A stretch of 64,000 nt of DNA from positions 21,025 to 85,024 of the forward strand of contig CBDDTI010000615.1 of the NCBI GenBank assembly GCA_965233585.1, given 5' to 3'. The notes beneath the pieces are model-generated. The model was not told the DNA's origin. It saw only the letters and a program-made list of their open reading frames with translations, and did no database searches. The DNA is from a bacterium (lineage in GTDB: Bacteria; SAR324; NAC60-12). Shown one piece after another: positions 38,546 to 52,143 of this stretch (position 1 is its first letter; every line of letters starts with the position of its first letter). The position numbers were made by a program, and so were the translations under genes.

Positions 38546-40647
38546 TATCAATGTTTGACACATCCCTGGAAAATTCTCTGATGATTTTGATGCAAAGAAG
38601 CATCTAACTAATTCTCAAGCAGTCTAACACATTATCGACACCATCAAGAGACACATTAAGAAATAAAACTAATTTCATTGCCAAGAGCCCGTGGAATATA
38701 AAGGTGTTGTCATCAACCACTATTTGATATTCTCAATCATTCACCATTGTATATAATAGCACTTTACGCATCAAACTATCTAGGGCATATTTTTAAATTA
38801 TTGCACGGTATGATGGCCATTATTGTTATTGTCAACATTTGTCAACTATGGTGTTGCGGATCAGTCCTACCAACCACTGATGGATAAATTATTTCAATGC
38901 CAAAATCAACTGAGGGAAATCTGCGCACGGAACGATTGTTCTTACCATCAACTAGAAGGTTTCTTTCCTGAAATTTTTCCCTTCAGCAAATTTTGGGACG
39001 GTACCAGCATGTATCAACATTAACCATGATCTAAGCCATATTAGGCTTCTAGGAATAGCTTCACCCTTCCACCGTTGCCGCTTGCACTAGGTCTGTGACC
39101 TTTAGGCGCCAAGAGGCAAAAGGTTCGTTCTTGGCCAAGAAAAGATTACATTTCACTTATTTCACCAGAAAAAATGTGGACCTCATGGGACTTACTGCTG
39201 GTGGATGTTAGCTAAGATGATTTTGTCCACTCACACGTCAATGCTGGGTGTATGGTAGAGACCAAGTTGGATACTAACAGAAAAATATCGAACTAGTTCA
39301 TGGGGTGAATCTAAACCAACACACATCACCAAGGGGCGCAAGAATTCAATTGAAAAGTCGATTGAATTGAAATAACAGTTATATGGAGCAATTGTACAAT
39401 GAGTACTCCTAGATATTTGAATTACCTATTGGATCCCCCATCGAATTTCAGGGGAGACGTTGTGACCCTAACTCTGTAGGTTACAAACATTATTCACAAG
39501 CTTGGGACTATAGAATGAGGTTGCTAAACTCCATTTTTCCCGAGCTGGCCTTAGCGACAAAATGCGAATTAATTTTCGACAACCTTGAAAAACGCAAGAT
39601 CACCCCGCTGGACCCGATGAAATATCATACCAGCTGCGCTGGTCCAAAACCCATATCCCTCCATTCGGCGGCAATCAGTTTGGGAAAGAAGGAACACACA
39701 AAATGAATGAAACCACCGGCTCAACAAATTTGGCCGCAATGACAAGAAAACCCCTCCCCCAAACCTTGTCCCCAGGAAGGGCATCCAAGGCCACCATTCA
39801 CAGAACAAAGCGCGCCGACAAAGCAAGCCGCATGGCCTCACTTTGCATGGCGAAACAGGCCAAACACTCGTGTTTGACATGCCTAAATTCTCAATGCGTG
39901 ACATCTGTATAGCCAATAGAACACGCAAACATTCACCCCAAAACGGGATCATCCCTTCATTGGATTGTCAATGATAATAATAATACTTTTGGAAAGCCTA
40001 TAAACAATCCCAGCAGCAGCAATATTCAACAACTATTTCCTCATGCTTAGACTTCCAAGTTACCCAAGAAAATCGGTACAGTATATTATTTTTGTTCCAG
40101 CTACTTGGAGGATCTAGGTCAACCACTGGCTTCAAGAATCCATCCAACGAGAAATATATCTGCCATAAACGCAACAGTTGTATTGGTTGAATGGCTTGAA
40201 AAACTCAACCTAAAATAAGGACATTTTGGGGTGATTCCCCTGCTCAGCATATTCTAGGGTCAAGTCGCGGTGACATCGTTACACAGAAATTCAGCCAGAA
40301 CTTATATCAATGGCCATTTTAGGTACCTAAACTGGAGGTACTGTTGCGTATAAACAATATTTTGGGAACAAATGCTCTCGCATAGGCCTTGGATAGGCCT
40401 TATAGACGGTAGGTACCTCCAAGTTAGGTTCCTGAAATGGGTATGTTTGAATGATTCCAGGTATTTGGAAGGTGTATATAAGTCAACTGGCCACTGGGTT
40501 TGTTAATCATTCTAACGATAGATACATCTGTTTTCAATGTGTAAATAAATAAATATTGATTTATATATATATATATACATATACTATATACAAATGCCAC
40601 AAAACTACACTTGCACTAGTAACCTGAAACGAATACAGTAACAGGAA

Positions 40648-43289
40648 TACTGCGCCAAACCCCCTTTAAAACTTAGGTTCTATCCAGTTATAACTAGGTT
40701 CACAGCTCAGCTAAGATACAATCGTAGCTCCATAACCTGTGTTTTAAAGTTATGATACTTATCATCCGACTTTATGATGATTAAGTTGGATTATGTTATT
40801 TATGATGTTTACTAAAAATGTCTAACTTTAGCATAATCAACATAAGTCAACATAAGTCAACATAAATCAAGATAAGTTTTCTATACATTTTATTTAGATT
40901 GCCAAGCATGGACATTTGATCAGTTAAAGACAAGTGGCAAAAAAATACGCCTGCTCATATCTTTTTTAATTTCTTCGTTTGTATTTTCTGTGAAATGATA
41001 GGGAAATTGTATTTAGCAACTATGTTTTAATATGAAAAACATATTTATATATATTTATAAAAAGATGCCAATGAAAAAACGTATTCAATATTTCATGTGC
41101 CAACCTGAAAATTAAAGCTGTCATAGTATTTTTCAAAAACATGCAAAAACAAATTTAAAATAAATAAATATAGCAATACATAAAAATCAAGGTTTAATAC
41201 AAATTTTAAAACAACAACATTCGTTTTGAAATTAAATTTCAAAATAATATTTATTTAGAATTATCTTACAACAAACGTCAATAACAAATTGAACAATTTA
41301 GTTTGGAGGAGAACATTTCATATGTCATGATACGTTTTCTGAAGGAACAAATTGAATTTAGCAAAGAAACATGTTTCATATTTTAAAAAGGATAAAAAAC
41401 ACTAAAACAAAAAACAACAACAATTACAAAAAAAGAGCAGGACAATGTGGGAGTGCACGGCTTTATTGGTTTTTCAAAACTGTAATCACATTAAAGCTTA
41501 AGCCGCAGATGAAGCTATGTTCATGTCCACTAGAGAGCATATATTGCTTGAAGAAGTGTCCAGGTGCTCACTCTACCTTAGATAAATGCTACTACAGGGT
41601 CCCTTCAACAAGCCACAATTTCTGCAGCATATGCTAGATGACTTCAACATTATTACAGCATCCCCATGCCTGCCAACAAATGCAGTATTAAAAACAAACA
41701 TACCCTTCTGTTTATTGTTTTTTTTTTAAAACTGTAATCACATTAAAGCTTAAGCTACAGATAAAGCTGGAATTGGTATTGGAATTGGTATGGGAGGCGC
41801 TGCAAAGTTGGTTGGAGAGCGCCACCGTGGGCAGCGGGGAGGGGCTGCCCAACTACATGTTAATTCATTTTAACATTTGATAAGATGGATACAAAACCTA
41901 AAAGAATAATGTTTGAAGTATGTTTTCGTTATAAACTATTTTTCTTACTGCGAAATGATAGGTAAATTACATTTAACAACTAACTTTTAATAATAAAATA
42001 TGTACAAAAATGATGCTAATGAAAAAAGGTATTCAATATTTCATATGCTAACCTGAAAATTCAAGCTGTAATAGTATTTTAAAAAAAAAATATTAAAAAA
42101 ACAAACTTGAAATTAATAAATATAGCAATACATAAAAATCAAGGTTCAATACATTTTTTAAAACAACACAATTTGATTTTAAATAATATTGCAAAAATAT
42201 GTTTCTTTAAAATTACACTGTAAAAACAAACATCAATGACAAATTGAATAACTCAGTTATGGTTAGAAAATTTCATGTCATGAGACAAAACCTTATGAAA
42301 TAACAAGTTGATGTTTTATTTTTGAAAAAATATTTTCATAACAAATAAATATAAATACCAAAAAATCACAAAAAGTACAAAAAACAACACAGAAACAATT
42401 ATATTAAAATGACAAAATATAAAATATAGAAAAATCTATTTCATAATATGAAAAAATAATTTCAATTAAAACAAAAAAAACAAATCAGAAAAAAACATGA
42501 ACATGTCAGATTTTCACAAAAAAAAAAACTTTAAAAACATAAAAACAAATCTGAACATTTCAGATTTTCAGAAAAATCTGAAAAATTCAGAAAAAAACTG
42601 AAAATTTCACATTTTCAGAAAAAATCTGAAAAAAATCAGATTTTCAGAAAAAATCTGAAAAAATTAGAAAAAAATCTGAAAAAATCAATTAAAAAAAAAA
42701 AAAAAAAATCTGAAAAATTCTGAAAATTTCAGATTTTCAGAAAAGATCAGAAAAAATCAGAAAAATTCTGAATTTTTTGGATTTTCAGAAAAAATCTGAA
42801 AAATTCAGAGAAATTCTGAAATTTTCAGATTTTCAGAAAAAATCTGAAAAAAATCAAAAATGTGAAAATTTCAGATTTTCAGAGAAAATCTGAAAACATC
42901 AGTAAAAATATGAAAATCTTATTTTTTTAAATAATTCAGAAAAATATAAATATATAATGTTCATAAATAAATCAAATTTACCAAAAAATGAAAAACTATG
43001 TTAATGCAAGTGAATATTGAAAATAAAATATTTTTCAAACATACTAAAAATTATATTAAATCACTGAAAAATGCAATTACAAAAAAGTTAATATAGTATT
43101 ACCATTGTATCTGCAATATGGACATAAAGCAATTTTCATCGTATGATTTTTCTCGACAACATTTTCTTGAATGCGTATTGATAAATAACATATATATATA
43201 TATATTTCATTTTTCTAAAATTGCAACATGAAACAATATATGTTTTGTTTGCTAATATTTTACTTCAATATAATGTATTTTGAAATATG
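40648..43289 (-). repeat. Right arm of the long inverted repeat, with an expanded TCTGAAAA/TTTTCAGA tract
   Basis: Reverse complement of 28161-29990 plus 31449-32054. Confidence 0.95.
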
Positions 43290-45326
43290 ACAATGATGGT
43301 GTAAAATGATTTTAACTTGGGTATATTTCATTAGTATAACCTCTAATATGTCCATTTACCCAAAAATCACCAAAACTGATTCGGGCAGAACATTTGCCTG
43401 CGGGCTGAAAATCTTGCCCGGGCAGGAATTTTAGCCTTAACAGCTTCGGGCTGAAAAAACAGCCTGGGCGAGGATGCAGGTATATATATATATACTGCAC
43501 GGAACCAATGATTAAATACCATGCAGTGCTTGTTAGAATGTATCTGTATATAGTATATTATAGGATGGTTTTTTATGTGGCCTCCTGAACAAACACAAAC
43601 ATTCCGATTCCCAAACATTTTAAACAAAAAAAATGTGCCAAAAAAGCAAAGGATTGCAACAAATAGGAATTATCCACTTAATGCATGCAGTCGATGGCAG
43701 GACATCGCTCATATGCTTATTGGTCAGCACCTTGGGAGGAAGTTATCTAGCTGAACAGGTGGTGCGCCAGTTTCTTAGCTAAGTTGGTTGAACTTCTTCC
43801 AGTAATATATTCCAATTATACTCCAATGACTGTTGGGTGTATGGATGGTAGCTCTATCGAACTAGCCCATGAGAGTTTATAAACAAACAAACATAACCTG
43901 GGCGATCTTGGGGGCACCAACTCGCGGAGTATGAATTGAAACGGCACGCCAAGTTCGCATAGGTCTGAGGCTAGAATCCAAAAGAATTCCAAGTTTCAGA
44001 TTACACAAGTTGACTTTGAACAAAGATAACGTACCCAGCTGGACTCCTTGCACCACAAAGCCCTTCTGCAAACCTAAACTACCCGAGAAACTGGTGAGTA
44101 ACCTGGACACATGCATACAGCTGCTATGCGTAAAATTCATAACGCAATCAGCTAGCAAGTGACAATGGCAAGGGATAGTCAACACAATCTGAAACATGCA
44201 GTCCCTATCGGTCCCTGTGGTATCTGTTGGATGTGAGACATGGTGCAAATCACCTTCAGCATCCTTAAAAAGGGATAGGGGTTCACACTGAAGATCCCCA
44301 AACTCTACCCTTCAAGCGTCCATGTCATTATCAGTTTCAGGAGCAAAAGGTTTGATCCTCATTGTACCGGTATCCGTGTATAGTATAAGTATCAAACGTG
44401 CTTTGCAAATGATCTCAGTGAAGAAAACTGGGTCTGTAAATCACCTTCCAAACCAACATTTCTGGTGAGGGTTTGATTTTAAGGGGAAGGGATTATATGT
44501 TTGAATATGAACCACCCCAAAAAATAAAACCTATCACGCTTTACCATAATTTGCCCTCTGGTAGGCAAACATGGCAATGGGAAATCCTTCAGACACGTGC
44601 AAGTAAACGGGGAAATCATTTACAAACGTTTTTTTCAAATTGCCATGATTGAGTACCACCAAAAACTAGTTTCAAACCACTCACGGTGGAAAATGAATAC
44701 CGTTGGGCAGTCTTTGTAAACATTCACCGTACTTACATGGCCAATGGATGGTTTTAAACTACATATGAACAAGTTGTGTTTGCATATTGGTGCGCATTTT
44801 TTTTGCCCTTCCCTTAATTTGTGAACATATTTGTGAAAACAATGTGAAAAAACCATACATCAAGCGGACGGCCTCAAATATTTGCATATATGTTTCAAGA
44901 ACAACGGGCCATGATGATACAAACTCAATTTGATTGGGGGACAATCCCAACCATTTTAGTTCTTCAATGGTATGATTGGAGGAACATGCAATAAGCTTTG
45001 TTTCTAGCTTCGAAAATGTGTCATTATCCGATAAATGATGAAAACTTGCCGACAAAAAAAAGAGAAATAGACATCAAACATGAACGAACCCATGAGCAAC
45101 GGGTTCAAATATTGGGAATTGAATACATTTTTTTCTGGTCATTCCACTGTGTTGGCTAGTTGGTTGTTGGGATAAATTCAAATATATGAGCCGGCATGCA
45201 TCCTGAAGATTTCATCAAAAATCCCAAGCCTGAAAAAACAAAAGGCGCGGTTCCGCTGTGCTACTCAACATCTATTGTGAGTTCGCAGTTTACCCACATG
45301 CCATCCACCGCATTCGGCCCGCAAAC

Positions 45327-48300
45327 GCCCAGGGGAGGAGATACATGAAGAGCACCGTAACCTCCGAGGGCCTCGAGGCAGCCATGTGCTCAGAGCAGCT
45401 CAAACACGCAAAGGTGGAACAAGTCCGGGAACATGCTTTCATTTTTTGGGGGTGGGGATGCTGGATTCTATCTTCTTTAGTTCTTCTGTGGTGAAAAGTG
45501 CAAACCCCACATCCCTATCAACCAAAAGTTTTCCCGCACATCACCCGGAAAACCAACCCAAACCCAATGACATACTGGTTGGCGGGTTCCAGCCCGGCTA
45601 AATGTAGGCTCGTCCATGGTCCATGGCGATCATCAAAGAAGCGATGGAATTTCAATCCACCAACCACGTGTCATGGGTTTACTGCTCACTTACTCAATAG
45701 GATAAACATAATTATAGATAACTATATCTGGAATACCCCTCATTATCGCATATGTCCAAATTTACTTGTTTTATTTCCATTTTTAATACTTTCCTGATCT
45801 TCGCAGTCCCCGGCTGAATCAAAAATCTAGCGACCACCAGGAATCCCCCACACTTCGAAGTCTGGCGACGTGAAGTCGCATTGTCGGAAGGTGCACCTTG
45901 TAAGCAAGGTCTCGGTGGCACCCCATGGTTCAGCCAACAAAAAATGTTTTAACCCACAAACATGGTAGCGCAATGGACTTGTTTATAACATGTACCTAAT
46001 CTTATTTGGTTTGTAAGTAACCTTATCAGGAATTGTGGGTGAATACCTAAAAATCATATGGTTTATACTGCACCATTTAACTTCTAACTGGGGCGCGCCA
46101 ACTTTCAGAAGTATGTCCAACATAGAGTTAGTTGCCTTTGGGTTCCGGCGTCTTTTTGAAGGTAAAGTAAAGATAGTAAAGGTTAATATATGTTAACATC
46201 ATGCGTTTCATGGTCCCTTGTTGGTAGACCCCTTCCTCCGTTTTTATCCCTAGAAACCTTGCTTTCAAAGTATGGGCCCTGTTCATATTGCAGCCCGTAT
46301 GGCTGGTTTAGTAAATACGGTGGAGGATAGGGGGACAACCAGCAAAATGCATTGACAGATCCAACTACCACCAAGGAGAACCAACAAAAGTTTAGATTTG
46401 ACCGTCGCCATGGGAATTCAACCACCAAGAGCGGTGGGTGACCTAACCAACCAAACCAAGTGGAGCCAACCGCTCGCCCTTTGACGAGAATGGTGATGCT
46501 ACACTTCTCTGAAATTTGGAATGGGCTACAATAATAAGTACAGTAAGCTCCCACAGCTGAACGCCAATAATTAAAACTTGCAAATTCCAAGTGCAAGAAA
46601 CATCTGCATCCCAGTTGTCATCGAAAGGCCACAGTTTCAAGATGTTTCAAGGGTCAAATAAGGCCAGTAGTGCTTGTCTGGACAACATTCCTTTACTCCA
46701 AGTGATCCCCGCCGTGCCACATTATTTTGTCATAGTTTCTGACATCTCATCCTGAACTAAATATGGCATTTACGTTCTGACATCCTATTCTGGCAGTCTA
46801 TCTAACATTCTATTCTGGCATACTTTTTGGCATCTATTCTGCCATTTTCTCTGGCATTCTATCTGGCATCTATTCGGACATTCTCTCCGACATAGGCATT
46901 TAACCGCCAGCTCGCGGTTGAGGTCCGGCAGTGCCCACTGAGATCTGGAGCTCACAGTTGCAATCCCAGGCAAGAAGGAGGAAAAAGGAGGCAACTCTGA
47001 TAAAATCTAGAGGCAGGTGGGAAAAATGAATAAAAATGGAACGAACCCTTTACAAACAGGTGACCTGAAGGCGTTCAATCACTGACACTGACACCACCGT
47101 AGTATGTAATATCATTGGAAAGGCGGGTCCGCGACGGGATTTGCAATATTGGTGATTTAAAGGGCAGGCATTCTGCTCCCCAATGTCCATTGGGTTCCCA
47201 AACATGTGGGCCACGGCGCTTTCTTCTGCATTAGCTTCGGCTTGCCTGGGAAACCCAGAATTTGGTTGGCAATTGCCTGCGACATTGTAAACAATGGTAA
47301 GATAAGATAGATGTGTTTTTTGGTGTATTTGCGTATTTGGAGACAAAACACAAATAGGATCAACATACAAAGGTATATCCCACATCACTTGAAAGTGGTC
47401 ATGGGCCCTTTTTCCAGTAACCACTAGCTTCACCCACCCCTCGAACCTTTCTGATAATGATGATTGATATTATTGTCTTTGCCTCTACTATATTGAAGTT
47501 AATAAAACAAAACGCCTTTGCACGGAGAACGCTAGGCAATTGACACATTCCTCTAGTCAAACGATCGTGACACAATTCATAACAAGGATACGGGCACAAA
47601 ACTGTCTCTGATGTGCCAAGGCCACCCTCGCCGCGACCCCACGGCACTGACCGTGCACCTCAAAATCTCGAAGTTGATGTCCAGACCTGCAAGCAGAATG
47701 GACGAAACCGTCGCGATGACACTTAAAGGGCAAACCTTTACTGGCGCCAATTCTTTCTTGAAAAAAACATTTGAAACACATTCTACGAAATGCACTGGTA
47801 TGAACTGACATACAGCTTGCCACACTATGGACCATATAACATATATTACGAAGTTTTAAGGTGCGAATCCATTGGCATAGTTTCGGAAGCACGGGCACGT
47901 GAACTGAAGGATGTTTTCTGGAATGCATGTATTGAGGCGCTTGGCTCAAAATACTCATCAATCATAGCCGGGGAAAATGCAGCCGGCCCAAGATAATTGG
48001 TGTACTAGCCAGTTTTTCTGGGTTGTTTGAAGGTACGGAGCAAATAAATTTAGAACACTTGGCGTTCCACAGCCGCCGGCCTATATGGCGTGAGCACCGC
48101 ACCCCACCGCAGGTTCGGATCAATGTTGTTGCTAGCGTCCGTCTACATCTCCATTTTCAGGGGTAGCGCGTTCAGCAGCCGAAAAAAAATGTTTTGTTGT
48201 TGATTGTTTGATTAAATTTGACCAACTGACTTGTATGCTTGCTCAAATACAAAACAGCGGCGGCTTACTTACTTGGTTCTATGATCAATGATATACCTTG

Positions 48301-51300
48301 TTTTTGAACCCAGGTGTGCAAATGCAAGTGCTAAATCACGCCCTAAGCATGCCATGGACAATGGTGTTTGACTGCCACTTGCACAAATTGTGCGGTACGA
48401 CATGGCACACCTTAAACGCAGGTGGAATGCACAAATTGCAGCCCCACAATCTCCAGTCCATCGCCCCACCAGCTTCGGGGCAACAGCTTCGGGCCATATC
48501 AGGCATCCAGCTATGACAAGCGGAAGATTTTCATGGGCAAGAGGTACCAGCGCTTGGTGATAGCCATGCGCACCAAAGCCCTTGGCATCTGCCCTTGGCA
48601 CCCCAACTTGGCCGCTTCAAGGCAGAAGCCGCCGAGGCCGCAGCCCAAATCACAGGCAACGTCCTGTGGGCCAACCTTAGGTGTCAGCAAACAACGCAGG
48701 CAATTTTCAATTTTACAAATCCGATGGCCCCTCAGTCTGGACACACTGTTTGGGGAGGAAAGAGATTATACCGGCAAGAGATCCCAAACATCCCCAAACA
48801 GAGCGTGTGTGTGTGTGCGTGTGAAAGAATAATGTATGATAAGGTTGAGATTCATGCTTTGATGATGATGAGGATGATGATAATATTGCCCACGAGGACA
48901 TTGAGGATGATAATGGTGAGGATGATGAGGTGGAGGATGATGATGTTGTAGAAGATGAGGAGGATGACAATGTTGAGGATGATGGCGTCAAGGGTGAAGA
49001 TGTGGAGAATGATGATGTTACAGGAGGAGGAAGATCATGATGTTGAGGATGACGATGTGGAGGTGGAGAACCGATCCGAAGACCGTGGCCCACGCCTGCG
49101 CAGTCAAAATGCACTTGGACACAGCCCACGAGCCTTCTTATGCGAGAATTTACAGGGAAAATGTTCCGCCCCAGATGGAAAATGTCGCGCCTCAGGTGGA
49201 TCTCGAGACCATGACCCACACTTTGTGCGAGCCTGCGCAATCGAAATGCACATGGACATGTCAGAAGAGCCAACTTGCGCAGGAATTTACAAGAAAAATC
49301 CCGCGCCCCAGATGCATCCCGAGACCGCGACCCACACTTTGTGCGAGCCTGCGTAGACGAAATGCACACGGAAGGGTCACAAGAGCCATCTTACGCGGAA
49401 ATCTACAAGGAAAATGCCGCGCCCTGGGAGCGCGACACCTGTTTTTGCGCGAGCCTGCGCAGTCGACACGTGGACATGTGACAAGAGCCATTTTATGCCG
49501 CAATTTACAGGTAAAAGGCCGCAGACCAAGAGCAAGCAAAAGTCGCGGCGCAGACTTCGCGCGAGCCTGTGCAATCGACATGCATATGGACATGGAACAA
49601 GGATGAACAAGGGCCATTTTGCAGAAATTCAGAGGGAAAATCCCGCGCCCCAGAGTGAGCACCTCGATCAAGCACCGGCCTCAACCCTTACCGTAAGAAC
49701 CCCTCAGTGCGGACACGCTGCTTGGGGAAAACGATCAAATTAAGGGGGGTCGCTATTTTATAACAACTAATTCCCCACCTGCCAGGTGAGGGTTGTTAGA
49801 TTTTATCAGAGCGCTTCCTCCGCCTCCTCGTCCTCCTCCTCCTCGACTAGCTGTCCTCTTCCTCCTCGTCCTCCTCCTCCAGTTTCTCCTCGAACATATC
49901 TGCATCAATTTCCACCTGCACTTCCGCCTTGCCAACTCTTCGCCAAGCTCTTTGCCAACTCTCTTCGCCGACTCTCTGCGCCAAGCTCTTTGCCAACTTC
50001 CCAGCTCAGTGTGCACCGCTGGACCTCAACCTGGGACCTTCCCAGCTCAGCGTGCACCGCTGGACCTCAACCTGGGATCTGCCCAGCTCAGTGTGCACCG
50101 CAGGACCTCAACCGGGGACCTGCCCAGCTCAGTGTGCACCGCTGGACCTCAACCTGGGACCTGCCCAGCTCAGTGTGCACCGCTGGACCTCAACGGCCAG
50201 ATAGAAGGCCAGAAGATATGCCAGATAGAATGCCAGAAGGTATGCCAGATAGAATGTCAGATAGAATGCCAGAAGGTATGCCAGATAAAGTGCCAGAATG
50301 TTTGCCAGATAGAACGCCACAAGATTTGCCAGATAGAATGTCAGAAGGTATGCCAGAAGATATGCCAGATAGAGTGCCAGAAGATATGCCAGAACATATT
50401 GCAGAAGAACCAGAAGATATGCCAGATAGAATGCCAGAAGATATGCCAGATAGAATGCCAGAAGATATGCCAAATAAAGTGCCAGAAGATTTGCCAGTAA
50501 CAAAACGTATAGATGTCATGGTGGGGATGACTCGAAGTAAAGTAATTTATTTTGTTTTTTACCTCTATTCTCTTCTGATTCTTCGGGTTTTTGGGCATTG
50601 ATGGGGCCCTATGGCGCACATGATGGTGGGATGCGATGGGATGGTTCCAAAAGCGGGGAAATGCAAGGTAACCGCAATACTCTCACAAGACCGTGATAGT
50701 ACAAGGATGCTCCGCAGCATTTTTTTGCTGCGGTATCCCGCTGTTCTTAGCAGGATATCAGGATGGAAACACCGTGTGCTCACCATGGTTGCGCAAGCTT
50801 TGCTGCTCTAAATGATGTCTGTGAAACGTCCGTGCAAAGAGCCGCAATTCCCTTGGCTGCTGCCTCAACTTTGCTGGGTATGGAACTTCAACTTATTTAT
50901 TGGGTAATGTAAACGCATCATCACACTGGTAATCGTAAGTGTCCATCGTAAGTGTCCAAATTACCGTGCGTGATGTTGAGGACAGAATCTCTGTGTCCAT
51001 GATTCTTCTGATTCAATCTTGTGTCTCCACACCGTGTTGGCTGGTATCCCAGCTTGTTCTCGTTCTATAATGCATCATTGTGATTGTGGGATTCGCCAGT
51101 CGCAACCTAGTCTCTTGGGTGTGAAGATTTAGCAAAGCATGACCTGTTGAATTTGTAACGTAATTCAATAACTTAAAAACCAATACTTTGGGTATGCTCC
51201 AATGTCCCCTCGCCAAAGCCCTCCAAGTTCCAACTGAGATCCCCAAGCATTTGCGAAAGCACAAACCTGCTGATGTGCCACCTGGAAACGGTGCAGGTTG

Positions 51301-52143
51301 TTCTAGCTACCGGGCAATGCCAGGGGAAAATATGAATCTGGCTGAACCGTATTGGGTTTGTCGGTTGGTAAGTTCCCGTGTTAACCTTACATTTGGGGGG
51401 GTATACGCCAATTCCAAACACACCCATATTTGTGTACCAACCTTGCAATTGGATGTTGTTTTCAAGGATAGCTGCTCCTATTGTATTTACACACTACCAA
51501 CTTTTGCTGGTCACCGGATCTATGCCAATCACTATCACTATCGCAATGCTGGTGATGGGTTTTCGTTGAACGCCTCAGCTTCTGGAAAACACATGTGCTG
51601 ACATGAACGTATCGGATCAAAAAATATGCGTTATATGCTTTTAAATTATTTGGCTTTTGGGCAAAACAAATAATAATAAATACATATTTGCTTCTGAAAC
51701 CCATCGTCTCCAGGGGCCACCATTTACGTCTGACATCCGCCTGTGGGCAGGTAATCAAAGGCACGAACTTCCCAGCGTAGGGAACCTTGACATGGGAGGC
51801 TATATAAGCAGTCGCCGGGTTGGCTGATCAAAAAACGATAGGAAAATCTGTGGAAAATCAATGCCTCCACGCGGTTGCCATCCAATGACGTGAATTTTCT
51901 TGGGCCGTTCCTTCTGTGCTTCTATGCAAACGTCTTCTGACGAATGCAGACAATCTGGGAAGCTGGTGATGATACTGTGCTGAACTCACGAAATCCCCAC
52001 AAGTCAACTAAAATTCAAGTGGGTTCGCCGTTCAAGGTCCTTCAAACGCACACTATCCTATGCATAATAGCTATGGAACTGACGACTCAGGGGTTCCCAG
52101 GAGGCACCTGCTCCAGAAATTTGTCTTCACCAAAGTCCGCCAT
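45327..52143 (-). CDS. Host class I SAM-dependent methyltransferase (FAM173/ATPSCKMT-like motif pattern) in micro-exons; 3' exons unresolved
   Basis: Exons: 52143-52108 MADFGEDKFLEQ; 51785-51741 VPYAGKFVPLITCPQ; 50863-50831 AAAKGIAALCT; 48675-~48595 VGPQDVACDLGCGLGGFCLEAAKLG; 47686-47659 GLDINFEILR; 47245-47204 QAEANAEESAVAHM; 45896-45852 CTFRQCDFTSPDFEV; 45371-45327 PSEVTVLFMYLLPW. All internal acceptors are AG|G, donors are GT/GC/GA, and phases agree except at the exon 4-5 junction. Confidence 0.85.
46692..47026 (+). mobile_element. Short interspersed repeat (CTATTCTGGCAT units; ends ATAAAATCTAGAG..GGCAGGTGGGAA), intronic
   Basis: Same modular layout as 49771-50545 in the opposite orientation. 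Confidence 0.75.
48728..49728 (+). mobile_element. 1-kb interspersed repeat bounded by 29-bp direct repeats, with a (GAT/GAG)n tract and ~130-bp tandem units
   Basis: CCCCTCAGTCTGGACACACTGTTTGGGGA at 48728 and CCCCTCAGTGCGGACACGCTGCTTGGGGA at 49700. Internal GCGAGCCTGCGCA units recur. Confidence 0.75.
49771..50545 (-). mobile_element. Longer copy of the 46692 repeat family with 41-bp and 12/24-bp minisatellites
   Basis: TTCCCCACCTGCCAGGTGAGGG...TTTTATCAGA; CCCAGCTCAGTGTGCACCGCTGGACCTCAAC five times; GCCAGATAGAAT/GCCAGAAGATAT units. Confidence 0.8.

Noticed and set aside
28161..43289. A single foldback transposon with 2.5-kb TIRs
   Set aside because: The recognisable termini are at the inner ends and no TSD is evident at the outer ends.
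48595..48680. Plus-strand exon AEAAEAAAQITGNVLWANLR
   Set aside because: The minus-strand frame gives methyltransferase motif I and fits the exon chain.
49786..50619. PEDMPDRM / CQIECQK repeat proteins
   Set aside because: Open in several frames on both strands; minisatellite of an interspersed repeat inside an intron.
51190..51290. Alternative methyltransferase exon FVLSQML requiring a GG donor
   Set aside because: Exon 50863-50831 joins in phase using GC and GA donors, so no GG donor is needed.
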